Position numbers and translations under genes: made by a program
From: a bacterium
GTDB taxonomy: Bacteria; Electryoneota; Electryoneia; Electryoneales; Electryoneaceae
Length of the DNA stretch: 17,269 bases
Assembly (NCBI GenBank): GCA_043801585.1
Contig: JAZDLX010000147.1
Coordinates: 1 to 17,269 of the forward strand
Direction of reading: 5' to 3'
Part shown: piece by piece, positions 1-7,594 of the stretch
Position numbering within the stretch: position 1 is the stretch's first letter
Layout: every line of letters starts with the position of its first letter
Notes under the pieces: generated by a model
Databases searched by the model: none
What the model was told of the DNA's origin: nothing
Seen by the model: only the letters and a program-made list of their open reading frames with translations

Positions 1-38
1 CAAGTATCAGTTTTTTGCGATGTTGAACGAAAACGGAA

Positions 39-67
39 TTGCACTTTCACAAGTCTTTGTCTATTTT
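39..67 (+). promoter_or_regulatory. Putative sigma70-type promoter for the leader/spoVG-prs-rplY-pth unit
   Basis: TTGCAC (39-44), 17-nt spacer, TATTTT (62-67) in AT-rich context; the same -35 hexamer occurs upstream of rpsF. Confidence 0.5.
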
Positions 68-87
68 CGTATTTGAATGATCAGGTT

Positions 88-244
88 TTGTCCGGAGCCT
101 CATGAGTGTTTGGACGTTCACTCTGGTTCCAGGTGGCGGAAAGGTGTGTGATTGCCTACTTTCTCAGTGGACCCTGTGGGTTCCTTTGAAATTGAAAGGC
201 GGGATCGCCCCTTGGACTAATTGACGTCCCGGAGTGTAGGACGG
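88..244. ncRNA. Candidate structured RNA (long irregular rod) upstream of spoVG
   Basis: Nested stems paired by eye: 88-93/239-244, 112-120/222-229, 126-139/205-217, 154-174/178-200; no family assigned. Confidence 0.35.
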
Positions 245-288
245 TTTTGCTGGCCTGTTAGACGGTGACGTGGGGAAGGGGAGCTGCA

Positions 289-585
289 ATGGACATCACT
301 GAGATCAACATCAACTTGCGCGATGAAGACAAGTTGAAAGCCTTCGTCAACATCACATTTGACGATGTATTTGTTGTACGGGGACTGAAAATCATTGAAG
401 GTGGTCAGGGATTGTTTGTCTGCATGCCGTCACGGAAATTGCCGGACGGGACCTACAAGGATATCGCCCACCCGATTGACAACGATTTCCGCAGCAAGAT
501 TGAGCAACGCATCTTGGGGGTCTACGAGAAACTCCGCTCTCAGCAGCAGAGTGGGATGCATCGTGTCATGGAGTTTGACGATTAG
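289..585 (+). CDS. spoVG: SpoVG family nucleic-acid-binding regulator
   Basis: MDITEININLRDEDKLKAFVNITFDDVFVVRGLKIIEGGQGLFVCMPSRK...YKDIAHPI matches the SpoVG signature; ATG at 289 after GGGGAG is preferred over GTG 265. Confidence 0.95.
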   Translation: MDITEININLRDEDKLKAFVNITFDDVFVVRGLKIIEGGQGLFVCMPSRKLPDGTYKDIAHPIDNDFRSKIEQRILGVYEKLRSQQQSGMHRVMEFDD

Positions 586-669
586 CCTCTGAACGCTTAT
601 TTTCCCACCGCGTTTTATCAGCTGATGGCTGCTTCACCTCTCTACGTTTAAAATTCAGGGATCGGCTAA

Positions 670-742
670 AGGGGTGTCGCCAAGTGGTTAAGGCAGCGGT
701 TTTTGGGGCCGCTATACGTAGGTTCGAATCCTACCACCCCTG
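670..742 (+). tRNA. tRNA-Gln (anticodon TTG), CCA not encoded
   Basis: Acceptor AGGGGTG/CACCCCT, D arm GCCAAGTGGTTAAGGC, anticodon arm GCGGT-TTTTGGG-GCCGC, T arm GTAGG-TTCGAAT-CCTAC, discriminator G; usual position upstream of prs. Confidence 0.95.
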
Positions 743-812
743 CTATATTAAACAGGAATGAGGTTCGTACTCGGAAGCCAAGCGCTTTCGTACAGCGGGA
801 GGAGCGGCTGCC

Positions 813-1766
813 ATGGGCTCCGGTCTCCACCATCAGATCAAGATTTTCACAGGGACTTCGCACCCCAAGCTCGCGCAGCAGATCGCCGAATACATCGGGA
901 TACCGCTTGGCCAGGCGGAGGTGGGGCGGTTTTCCGACGGGGAAATCAGCGTCAAGATTCATGAAAACATCCGTGGTTGGGACATTTTCGTGGTGCAACC
1001 GACGCACCCCAACTCGGACAATCTGATGGAATTGCTGATACTCCTGGACGCCTGCAAGAGGGCGTCAGCGCGCCGGATTACAGCGGTGATTCCCTACTAT
1101 GGGTATGCGCGCCAGGACAGGAAGGATGAGTCGAGGGTGCCGATCACGGCCAAGCTCGTGGCGAACCTGATTACCGCTGCGGGTGCTGACCGGGTGCTGA
1201 CGATGGATCTGCACAGCGCCCAGATCCAGGGATTCTTCGACATCCCCATGGATCACCTTTATGGCAGCGCGGTGATGATCCCGTTTTTCCGCGAGATGAA
1301 CCTCGGACCTTTGACGGTGGCCAGTCCGGATGTGGGTGGAATCAAGCTTGCACGCGCCTATGCCAACCGTCTCGAAGCGGAGCTGGCGATTGTGGACAAA
1401 CGGCGTGTGCGGGCGAATGTCGCCGAGGCGATGAACGTCCTCGGCAGCGTCAAAGACCGAACCGTTTTGCTGGTTGATGATATGGTGGATACAGCGGGGA
1501 CTCTCTGCGAGGCAACCCGTGCCTTGTTTGAGGCGGGAGCTTCGCGTATTTTCGCCGCCACGGTCCACCCGATGCTGTCTGGTCCGGCCATCGAGCGAAT
1601 CAGTAAAAGCAGGATTGAAAAGGTGTTTGTTCTGGACACCATTCCGGAACGGCCGGGGATGAGTGATTTGCCCTGGTTGCACCGTTTGAGAGTGGATGAG
1701 GTGTTTGCGGAGGCGATTCTTCGAATCTATCGCGAAGAATCGATCAGCAGTCTCTTTGTAGAATGA
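813..1766 (+). CDS. prs: Ribose-phosphate pyrophosphokinase
   Basis: RFSDGE, PYYGYARQDRK, DLHSAQIQGFF, SPDVGG and VDDMVDTAGT motifs; SD GGAGGAG. Confidence 0.98.
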   Translation: MGSGLHHQIKIFTGTSHPKLAQQIAEYIGIPLGQAEVGRFSDGEISVKIHENIRGWDIFVVQPTHPNSDNLMELLILLDACKRASARRITAVIPYYGYARQDRKDESRVPITAKLVANLITAAGADRVLTMDLHSAQIQGFFDIPMDHLYGSAVMIPFFREMNLGPLTVASPDVGGIKLARAYANRLEAELAIVDKRRVRANVAEAMNVLGSVKDRTVLLVDDMVDTAGTLCEATRALFEAGASRIFAATVHPMLSGPAIERISKSRIEKVFVLDTIPERPGMSDLPWLHRLRVDEVFAEAILRIYREESISSLFVE

Positions 1767-1775
1767 GGTACTATC

Positions 1776-2432
1776 GTGGCTGAGAACGTAATCCCGACGC
1801 TGAAAGCCGTGGTCCGGGAACCGGGCAGAAAAAGCGTCACAAAACAGGTTCGCGCGAGTGGCAAGATCCCCGCGGTCTATTACCACGGCAGCACGGAATC
1901 GATTAACCTTGAGATCGACCAGAAGGACTTCATACGTCTGCTTCAGAACCGTTCGACGTTGATCAACCTTGAGATTGATGGGCAGGAAACGCGTGAATGC
2001 ATGATCCGTGAAATTCAGCGTCATCCTGTCAGCCAGGAGCCCATTCATCTCGATTTCATCGGGATCACTCGTGGCAAGAAGATCACCGCTACGGTTCCGA
2101 TCAAGCTCCTTGGCATTCCTGACGGTGTGCGCAACCAGGGTGGTATCCTGCAACAGGTCATGCATGAAGTGGATATCCGGGTTCTCCCTTCGGACATGCC
2201 CAACCGCATTGAAGTGGATGTCACAGGGCTGAAGCTTGGTGAATCGATCCACCTGGATCATGTATTTCTCGAGGGTGTCGAGTGGGAAGACAATCCCGAG
2301 CAGACCGTCGCCACCGTTGTCGCGCCGCGTGTCATCGAGGAAGTCGTTGAAGAAGAGGTCGAAGAGGCTGCGGAGCCTGAATTGATCGGCGAGAAGAAAG
2401 AGGAGCCGTCCGAGGGCGAAGGGGAGGAGTAA
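1776..2432 (+). CDS. rplY: 50S ribosomal protein L25 / Ctc (long form)
   Basis: GKIPAVYY, IQRHPV...HLDF, GVRNQGGIL, acidic C-terminal tail; between prs and pth; GTG start after GAGG. Confidence 0.96.
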   Translation: MAENVIPTLKAVVREPGRKSVTKQVRASGKIPAVYYHGSTESINLEIDQKDFIRLLQNRSTLINLEIDGQETRECMIREIQRHPVSQEPIHLDFIGITRGKKITATVPIKLLGIPDGVRNQGGILQQVMHEVDIRVLPSDMPNRIEVDVTGLKLGESIHLDHVFLEGVEWEDNPEQTVATVVAPRVIEEVVEEEVEEAAEPELIGEKKEEPSEGEGEE

Positions 2433-2435
2433 ACC

Positions 2436-3074
2436 GTGGGGCGTCGTCTCGTCGTGGGCCTGGGCAATCCCGGACCGGAGTATGACGCGACATGGCACAA
2501 CCTCGGATTTCATGCGGTGCGTGCCCTGGCGAAGATTGTGCGCGCATCCTTGAGAGCACAGAATCAATGTCTACTGGGTCGTGGCCGGTACGCCGGTCAC
2601 GATATTTTTCTCCTGCTTCCCCAGACATACATGAACCGCAGCGGCGAACCCGTTGCGCGGATTGTGCGGGAACAGCGGATCTATGACTACGACACCCTGG
2701 TGTTGCTTGATGATCATGATCTGCCCCGGGGACAGCTGCGGATGAGAGAGTCGGGCGGGGATGGAGGACATCGAGGCTTCCGTTCGATTCTCAACGAGTT
2801 GGGGACATCGGAGATCCCCCGCCTGCGCATCGGATTCCGGGATGAGACCGTCGACCCGAAAGCGGGTGGCTATCAGGATCTCGCCGATCGCGTTCTTGAA
2901 CCGTTGAGTGAGACTGAGCACGAATTCATGATGCGGATTGCGGAAGGAGCCGGGGAAGCTGCACGTGACTGGTTGGCGTTAGGCATCATCGGTGCGATGA
3001 ATCACAACAACAATCGAAGGATTCTTGCGCCCGGCGACACGTCGGAGGCAGAAGGAGAGCCCAACGGTCGCTGA
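2436..3074 (+). CDS. pth: Peptidyl-tRNA hydrolase
   Basis: [35 protein letters not shown] motifs; synteny. Confidence 0.95.
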   Translation: MGRRLVVGLGNPGPEYDATWHNLGFHAVRALAKIVRASLRAQNQCLLGRGRYAGHDIFLLLPQTYMNRSGEPVARIVREQRIYDYDTLVLLDDHDLPRGQLRMRESGGDGGHRGFRSILNELGTSEIPRLRIGFRDETVDPKAGGYQDLADRVLEPLSETEHEFMMRIAEGAGEAARDWLALGIIGAMNHNNNRRILAPGDTSEAEGEPNGR

Positions 3075-3196
3075 TTCCGCTTCGACACTTGCTTTTTATT
3101 GGCCCCGGGGACAGGTTTGAGCCTTCACCCCGGGACTTTTCCGTTTCGGCCCGGGGAAAAACGGGATTGCGTGGGATACAGAAAGGATTGGAACCG

Positions 3197-5392
3197 ATGA
3201 ACGGCCTTTCCAGCACCATCTGGATTCTGCCGCTGCTGGGTGTCGTCGGCTTGCTTTTCGCCGTTTGGAAGGGAAGCTGGGTCCGACACCAGGACGCCGG
3301 AAATGAGTACATGCGTGAAATCAGCGGACACATCCGCGACGGCGCGCTGGCGTTCCTTGGCCGGGAATATCGTGTCCTGGCCATTTTTGTGCTTATCGTC
3401 GCCGCATTGTTGGTTGCCGCCAATTGGAGCAGCGAGGGAAGTTCTCCCTGGATCGCCTTTTCCTTTGTTGTCGGAGCATTCTCCAGCGGCCTCGCTGGTT
3501 ACTTCGGGATGCGGGTGGCGACCGAAGCCAACGTCCGCACGGCAAACGCTGCCCGAAGCGGATTGAACAAGGCGCTGGCGGTTGCGTTTTCCGGTGGTAC
3601 GGTGATGGGGATGAACGTCGTCGGACTCGGCGTTCTCGGTATCAGTCTGTTGTTCATTCTGTACCTGAGCGTTGGCATCGGCGGCATCGGGAGCTACGAT
3701 GACCTCAAGCTGACGTTGCAGGTGCTCAGCGGGTTTTCCATGGGCGCTTCGTCCATCGCGCTGTTTGCACGTGTGGGTGGCGGCATCTACACGAAAGCGG
3801 CGGATGTCGGCGCAGATCTCGTGGGCAAAGTCGAGGCGGGCATTCCCGAGGACGATCCGCGCAACCCCGCCACCATCGCGGACAACGTCGGCGACAACGT
3901 CGGTGACGTGGCGGGCATGGGAGCGGACCTGTTTGAATCCTTCGTCGGCTCGATCATCTCGGCGATGATCATCGGCGCCATGGTCTGGTTCACACCGGGT
4001 CACGGCCAGGCGGACGCCCTGCACCTCGTCCTGTTGCCGCTGGCACTGGCCGGAGCGGGCATCATCGTCAGCATCATCGGCACCTTCTTCGTCCGCACCA
4101 AGGAGGGGGGCAACCCGCAGGTGGCGCTGAACACCGGCACCTTCGGTGCGGCAGGCCTGATGGTGGTGCTCAGCTTCTTCATGATCCGCGCCTTTGTTCC
4201 CGAGCCTGTGGTTCTTTCCGGTATGGAAATCTCGGCGACTGGTATTTTCATGGCGACCGTCTTCGGTCTTGCGGCGGGTGTGGCCATCGGCATGTTGACA
4301 GAGCATTACACGGCCCTCGGGCGCAAACCGGTACTGAATATTGCGAATCAGTCCCTTACCGGTCCGGCGACAAATATCATCTCCGGCCTCGCCACGGGGA
4401 TGCGTTCAACAGCCTGGCCGTTGATCTCCCTGGCGATCGCGATAGTCGTCGCGTTCAAGTTCGCCGGCCTCTACGGCATTGCCATTGCGGCGCTTGGGAT
4501 GCTTTCCACAACGGGCATTCAGCTCGCGGTGGACGCTTACGGCCCCGTGGCGGACAACGCCGGCGGCATCGCGGAGATGAGCGAACTTGAGCCGGAAGTG
4601 CGTCAGCGCACCGATCGTCTGGACGCCGTGGGCAACACCACCGCCGCCATCGGTAAAGGTTTCGCGATCGGCTCCGCTGCGTTGACTGCTTTGGCGCTCT
4701 TCAGTGCGTTCACCCAAGTGGTAAATCAGAATTTCGAGGAGCAGCTTGTGATCGACATCCTCGACCCGCGTGTGATGGCCGGGATGTTCCTTGGCGGCAT
4801 GCTCCCCTTCCTTTTCAGCAGCCTTTCGATGAACGCCGTTGGCAATGCGGCCAAGGAAATGATCGAGGAGGTGCACCGGCAGTTCAGAACGATTCCGGAA
4901 TTGAAAGCGGCGCTGGACATCATGAGGGTTCGCTCCCGCGATAAGTGGACGGATGCCGACATCAAGGTGATCGATGCCAGCCGTGGCAAGGCGGAGTACG
5001 CGAAATGCGTGGACATCTCCACCTCCGCGGCCATCCGTCAGATGATCCTCCCCGGCCTGATCGCCGTGGTGACGCCGCCCGTCATCGGGGTTCTTTTCGG
5101 CGCAAAGATGCTTGGCGGTCTGCTCGCGGGTGTTACCGTTACAGGTGTCCTGTTGGCGATTTTCATGGCGAACGCGGGAGGCGCCTGGGACAATGCGAAA
5201 AAGCTGATCGAAGGCGGGATGCACGGGGGCAAAGGCTCCGATGCGCACAAGGCGGCTGTGGTTGGCGACACCGTCGGCGATCCTTTCAAGGACACCTCCG
5301 GTCCCAGCCTCAACATCCTGATCAAGCTGATGAGTGTCATCAGCCTGGTGATTGCGCCGTTGTTGACGTTGAACGGGTTTCTCGGTTTGTAA
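3197..5392 (+). CDS. hppA: Membrane-integral pyrophosphatase, K+-dependent, probably Na+-translocating
   Basis: [65 protein letters not shown] (Ala = K+-dependent type), [17 protein letters not shown] 3197 follows AAAGGA and is preferred over TTG 3089. Confidence 0.96.
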   Translation: MNGLSSTIWILPLLGVVGLLFAVWKGSWVRHQDAGNEYMREISGHIRDGALAFLGREYRVLAIFVLIVAALLVAANWSSEGSSPWIAFSFVVGAFSSGLAGYFGMRVATEANVRTANAARSGLNKALAVAFSGGTVMGMNVVGLGVLGISLLFILYLSVGIGGIGSYDDLKLTLQVLSGFSMGASSIALFARVGGGIYTKAADVGADLVGKVEAGIPEDDPRNPATIADNVGDNVGDVAGMGADLFESFVGSIISAMIIGAMVWFTPGHGQADALHLVLLPLALAGAGIIVSIIGTFFVRTKEGGNPQVALNTGTFGAAGLMVVLSFFMIRAFVPEPVVLSGMEISATGIFMATVFGLAAGVAIGMLTEHYTALGRKPVLNIANQSLTGPATNIISGLATGMRSTAWPLISLAIAIVVAFKFAGLYGIAIAALGMLSTTGIQLAVDAYGPVADNAGGIAEMSELEPEVRQRTDRLDAVGNTTAAIGKGFAIGSAALTALALFSAFTQVVNQNFEEQLVIDILDPRVMAGMFLGGMLPFLFSSLSMNAVGNAAKEMIEEVHRQFRTIPELKAALDIMRVRSRDKWTDADIKVIDASRGKAEYAKCVDISTSAAIRQMILPGLIAVVTPPVIGVLFGAKMLGGLLAGVTVTGVLLAIFMANAGGAWDNAKKLIEGGMHGGKGSDAHKAAVVGDTVGDPFKDTSGPSLNILIKLMSVISLVIAPLLTLNGFLGL

Positions 5393-5409
5393 TCAGTGTG
5401 CTGAACGTT

Positions 5410-5445
5410 ACAGCCCGTCGCCTGATTCCGGTGACGGGCTGTTTT
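5410..5445 (+). terminator. Intrinsic terminator after hppA
   Basis: 13-bp stem ACAGCCCGTCGCC/GGTGACGGGCTGT, 7-nt loop, followed by a T-run. Confidence 0.8.
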
Positions 5446-5462
5446 ATTGCATTCCAAATAAA

Positions 5463-5553
5463 GAAACAGGATGGACAGGATAGTCAGGATGGTAAGGCAG
5501 AAGAGGAAATGCCTTTCTCTTCATCCTGCCGATGCTGTGCATCCTGTTCCAGC
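5463..5553. repeat. CAGGAT-periodic inverted repeat (9-nt period) forming a long hairpin
   Basis: ACAGGATGG-ACAGGATAG-TCAGGATGG arm pairs with 5522-5550 (24/29), enclosing the GAAGAGGA/TTCTCTTC stem. Confidence 0.7.
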
Positions 5554-5584
5554 CTTCATGCACGATGCTGCGCGGGAGCGGTGT

Positions 5585-5710
5585 GTAGCCCGGCTGCCCC
5601 GCCAGCCGGGAATCATCTTTGAACTGTCGGTGTGGCCCGATCCCGAAAGATCGGGATCGGGTATCTGATTACATACGTCTCTGAAATCCGACGCTGAAGC
5701 GTCGGGCCGC
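5585..5710. repeat. Cluster of GTRG-headed REP-like palindromes
   Basis: GTAG-CCCGGCTG-N6-CAGCCGGG (5585-5610); GTGG-CCCGATCCCGA-AAGA-TCGGGATCGGG (5632-5661); inverted CCGACGC-TGAA-GCGTCGG-GCCGC (5688-5710). Confidence 0.6.
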
Positions 5711-5711
5711 A

Positions 5712-5739
5712 CTGCCGATCCTCTGCATCCTGTTCCAGC
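5712..5739. repeat. Direct repeat of 5526-5553
   Basis: CTGCCGATcCTcTGCATCCTGTTCCAGC vs CTGCCGATgCTgTGCATCCTGTTCCAGC, 26/28 identical. Confidence 0.85.
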
Positions 5740-5888
5740 TATCTTGTTTGATGTCTCCGAGGGGCGGGAGTCAGAGCCTGAAGGCGATGTCTGCTGGATT
5801 TTTGCCTGCTTGAATGCGATCTTGCCACCTGCCCCGAATGAACGGGCAGAGGCGCTGAATCTGGCGAAACCATGACGAGGATAGACAC

Positions 5889-6074
5889 ATGCCAAGGCTT
5901 GTCATCAACGTGGACGATGAAACACTTCGAGCCCTGATCGCAGTTGCCGTCGAAGCGGATGTCAGCTCGGAGGAAGCCGCTGCGTTCCTGCTTCGTGAGA
6001 CACTTGTCGAAGCGGATGAAAACTCTGACGATGACAGCCCTGCAGCCCCGGGGATGACACCTCAGGTAAGCTGA
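5889..6074 (+). CDS. Small ribbon-helix-helix-like protein (CopG/Arc/FitA-like pattern)
   Basis: MPRLVINVDDETLRALIAVAVEADVSSEEAAAFLLRETL has an alternating beta strand, DDE helix cap, helix A, S-x-E-E cap and helix B; SD GAGG 8 nt upstream of ATG. Confidence 0.55.
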   Translation: MPRLVINVDDETLRALIAVAVEADVSSEEAAAFLLRETLVEADENSDDDSPAAPGMTPQVS

Positions 6075-6142
6075 TTGGCATTCGGGTAAAATCGAGGTGC
6101 TCCGCATCTGTTTTTGAACGGAGACATCCCGGCTCGCAACCC

Positions 6143-6171
6143 TTGCACAACGGATCGACCTCGCCCATCTT
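6143..6171 (+). promoter_or_regulatory. Putative sigma70-type promoter of rpsF operon
   Basis: TTGCAC (6143-6148), 17-nt spacer, CATCTT (6166-6171). Confidence 0.45.
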
Positions 6172-6223
6172 TACGTCCCTGCCAGGCCCCTTACGGGGCT
6201 TTCGCTTTGGCAGACAACATCAA

Positions 6224-6313
6224 CCTGCTCCCCGAAGGGGTGGCGACATCCATGAAATTCCGGCTTCCAACCGGGATTCCCGCCGCTTGAACAGGGAGCC
6301 GTCAGACCGGAGG
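6224..6313 (+). promoter_or_regulatory. S6:S18 ribosomal protein leader RNA (autogenous control)
   Basis: CCT-GCTCCC...GGGAG-CCG-TCAGACC-GGAGG: a stem, then the conserved CCG, then the SD-containing strand, directly 5' of rpsF. Confidence 0.7.
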
Positions 6314-6319
6314 AAGGAC

Positions 6320-6874
6320 ATGACCCGCCGTTACGAAATGATGGTCATCATCGATTCCAGCCAGAGTGACGAGGAGATCGAAGCCCAGATCGCTAAGCTC
6401 GAAGAGGCGATCACCTCGTCCCCCGGCGGTGAGATCATCAACACCGACAAATGGGGCAAAAAACGCCTCGCCTACGAGATCAAGGGAAAGCAGTTCGGCT
6501 ACTACGTTGTCATCGAGTTCATGATCGACCCGAATCTGATCTCCGATATGAATCGCAACCTGCGGTACGACACGAACATCCTCCGCCACTTGATCCTCCA
6601 CATTTCCCCCAAGGTGATCAGGCTCAAAGAGCAGGAGCAGGAGCTGAAAGTGCATCTTGAGGACCGGCGCCGCCGTCTCGCTGATGAAGCCGAAGAGCAG
6701 CCGGTTGTGGACCTGATCAGTGACGAGAATAGTGTCAAGGGAGACCTTGGCGACATCGATTCAAAGGTGACCGATGTCAATGCTGAGGAAAAGGTCGGGG
6801 CGGAAGTGGAAACTGAAACCGAAACCGAAACCGATGCCAAAGCCGAAGCGGGTTCTTCCGAAGAACATCAGTAA
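6320..6874 (+). CDS. rpsF: 30S ribosomal protein S6 with long charged C-terminal extension (184 aa)
   Basis: MTRRYEMMVII...WGKKRLAYEIK...GYY...NILRHLI; ATG 6320 after GGAGG. Confidence 0.96.
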   Translation: MTRRYEMMVIIDSSQSDEEIEAQIAKLEEAITSSPGGEIINTDKWGKKRLAYEIKGKQFGYYVVIEFMIDPNLISDMNRNLRYDTNILRHLILHISPKVIRLKEQEQELKVHLEDRRRRLADEAEEQPVVDLISDENSVKGDLGDIDSKVTDVNAEEKVGAEVETETETETDAKAEAGSSEEHQ

Positions 6875-6920
6875 ACGTGCCTGATCCGTCATCGACGGAT
6901 CATCGCAGGAGGCTGCCAAG

Positions 6921-7145
6921 ATGATGTCCATCCGCAAGAAAGTCGACCGTTTTCATGAAAACGGCATTCTCTATATCGATTACAAGGATGTGAAGCTGCT
7001 CAGCCGCTTCATCACCGAGCAGGGCAAGATCATTCCACGCCGCATCTCCGGCACCACCGCGAAGAACCAGCGGATGCTCGAGGATGCAATCAAGCGCGCC
7101 CGTTTTATGGCACTGCTGCCCTTCGTCTCCGACCAGCCCCGCTAG
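6921..7145 (+). CDS. rpsR: 30S ribosomal protein S18 (cysteine-free form)
   Basis: [26 protein letters not shown]...[27 protein letters not shown]. Confidence 0.97.
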   Translation: MMSIRKKVDRFHENGILYIDYKDVKLLSRFITEQGKIIPRRISGTTAKNQRMLEDAIKRARFMALLPFVSDQPR

Positions 7146-7287
7146 GGGGCGGAGTCGCCCCTTCCGGGTGTGGTCTTCGGCCACGGCGGCTAACTGCGTA
7201 ACGCCGCCAATAACAGGGCACTGTTGAGGATATCGCGCAGTGTCGGCCCAAAGCTTCGCGGGCTGACGAAAGAGCGTGCAGGCATGT

Positions 7288-7377
7288 TGTCATTGCGAGG
7301 ACGTCGCAAAGTGGCGAACGAAGCAATCTCGAAGTTCGTCGCCCGGCAGGTCACCGCAGGCCGCTTGGAGTGTTTCG
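7288..7377. repeat. TGTCATTGCGAG...GAAGCAATCTC palindromic repeat arm with decayed partner
   Basis: 7288-7330 left arm with internal hairpin; GGAGTGTTTCG (7367-7377) is a degenerate complement; a related copy lies at 11096-11214. Confidence 0.6.
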
Positions 7378-7594
7378 CGGTGCGAGGGGAAGAGGGACAG
7401 TTTCGCTTTTGGGCAGCAAAAGGTAACTGCCCCAGTGGTGCAAAAAGAGCAGACACAAGTTCGTGAGGGAACTCGTCAACAAGGCGAGCCCTCTAACACT
7501 TCGGAAGGTTGCAGCGCAGACAACCGTTTGACCGGAGTGGACATGAATCGCCAGGCCGTACGCTGACGGTGAGGCAGAATGGAAGGATCAGAGC

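Noticed and set aside
666..1026. ORFs 666-1007 (-) and 703-1026 (+)
   Set aside because: They overlap tRNA-Gln and prs
1065..5248. Long antisense ORFs (1065-2567, 3125-4306, 4406-5248; also 8391-9134)
   Set aside because: Shadows of GC-rich genes on the opposite strand, with no recognisable motifs
5460..5750. Possible CRISPR mini-array (28-bp direct repeats)
   Set aside because: Only two copies, 186 nt apart, with no cas genes
6143..6319. N-terminal extensions from the ORF track (rpsF 6143, spoVG 265, hppA 3089, permease 8367)
   Set aside because: Family similarity, and in most cases an SD, points to downstream ATGs; the rpsF extension is promoter and leader RNA
7188..7216. GGCTAAC as an integron attC core
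   Set aside because: No matching GTTRRRY partner at a suitable distance, and no cassette ORF or integrase
7105..7566. Short ORFs in the rpsR-rplI spacer
   Set aside because: Translations of palindromic DNA with no hydrophobic DUF2232-like character and no convincing SD
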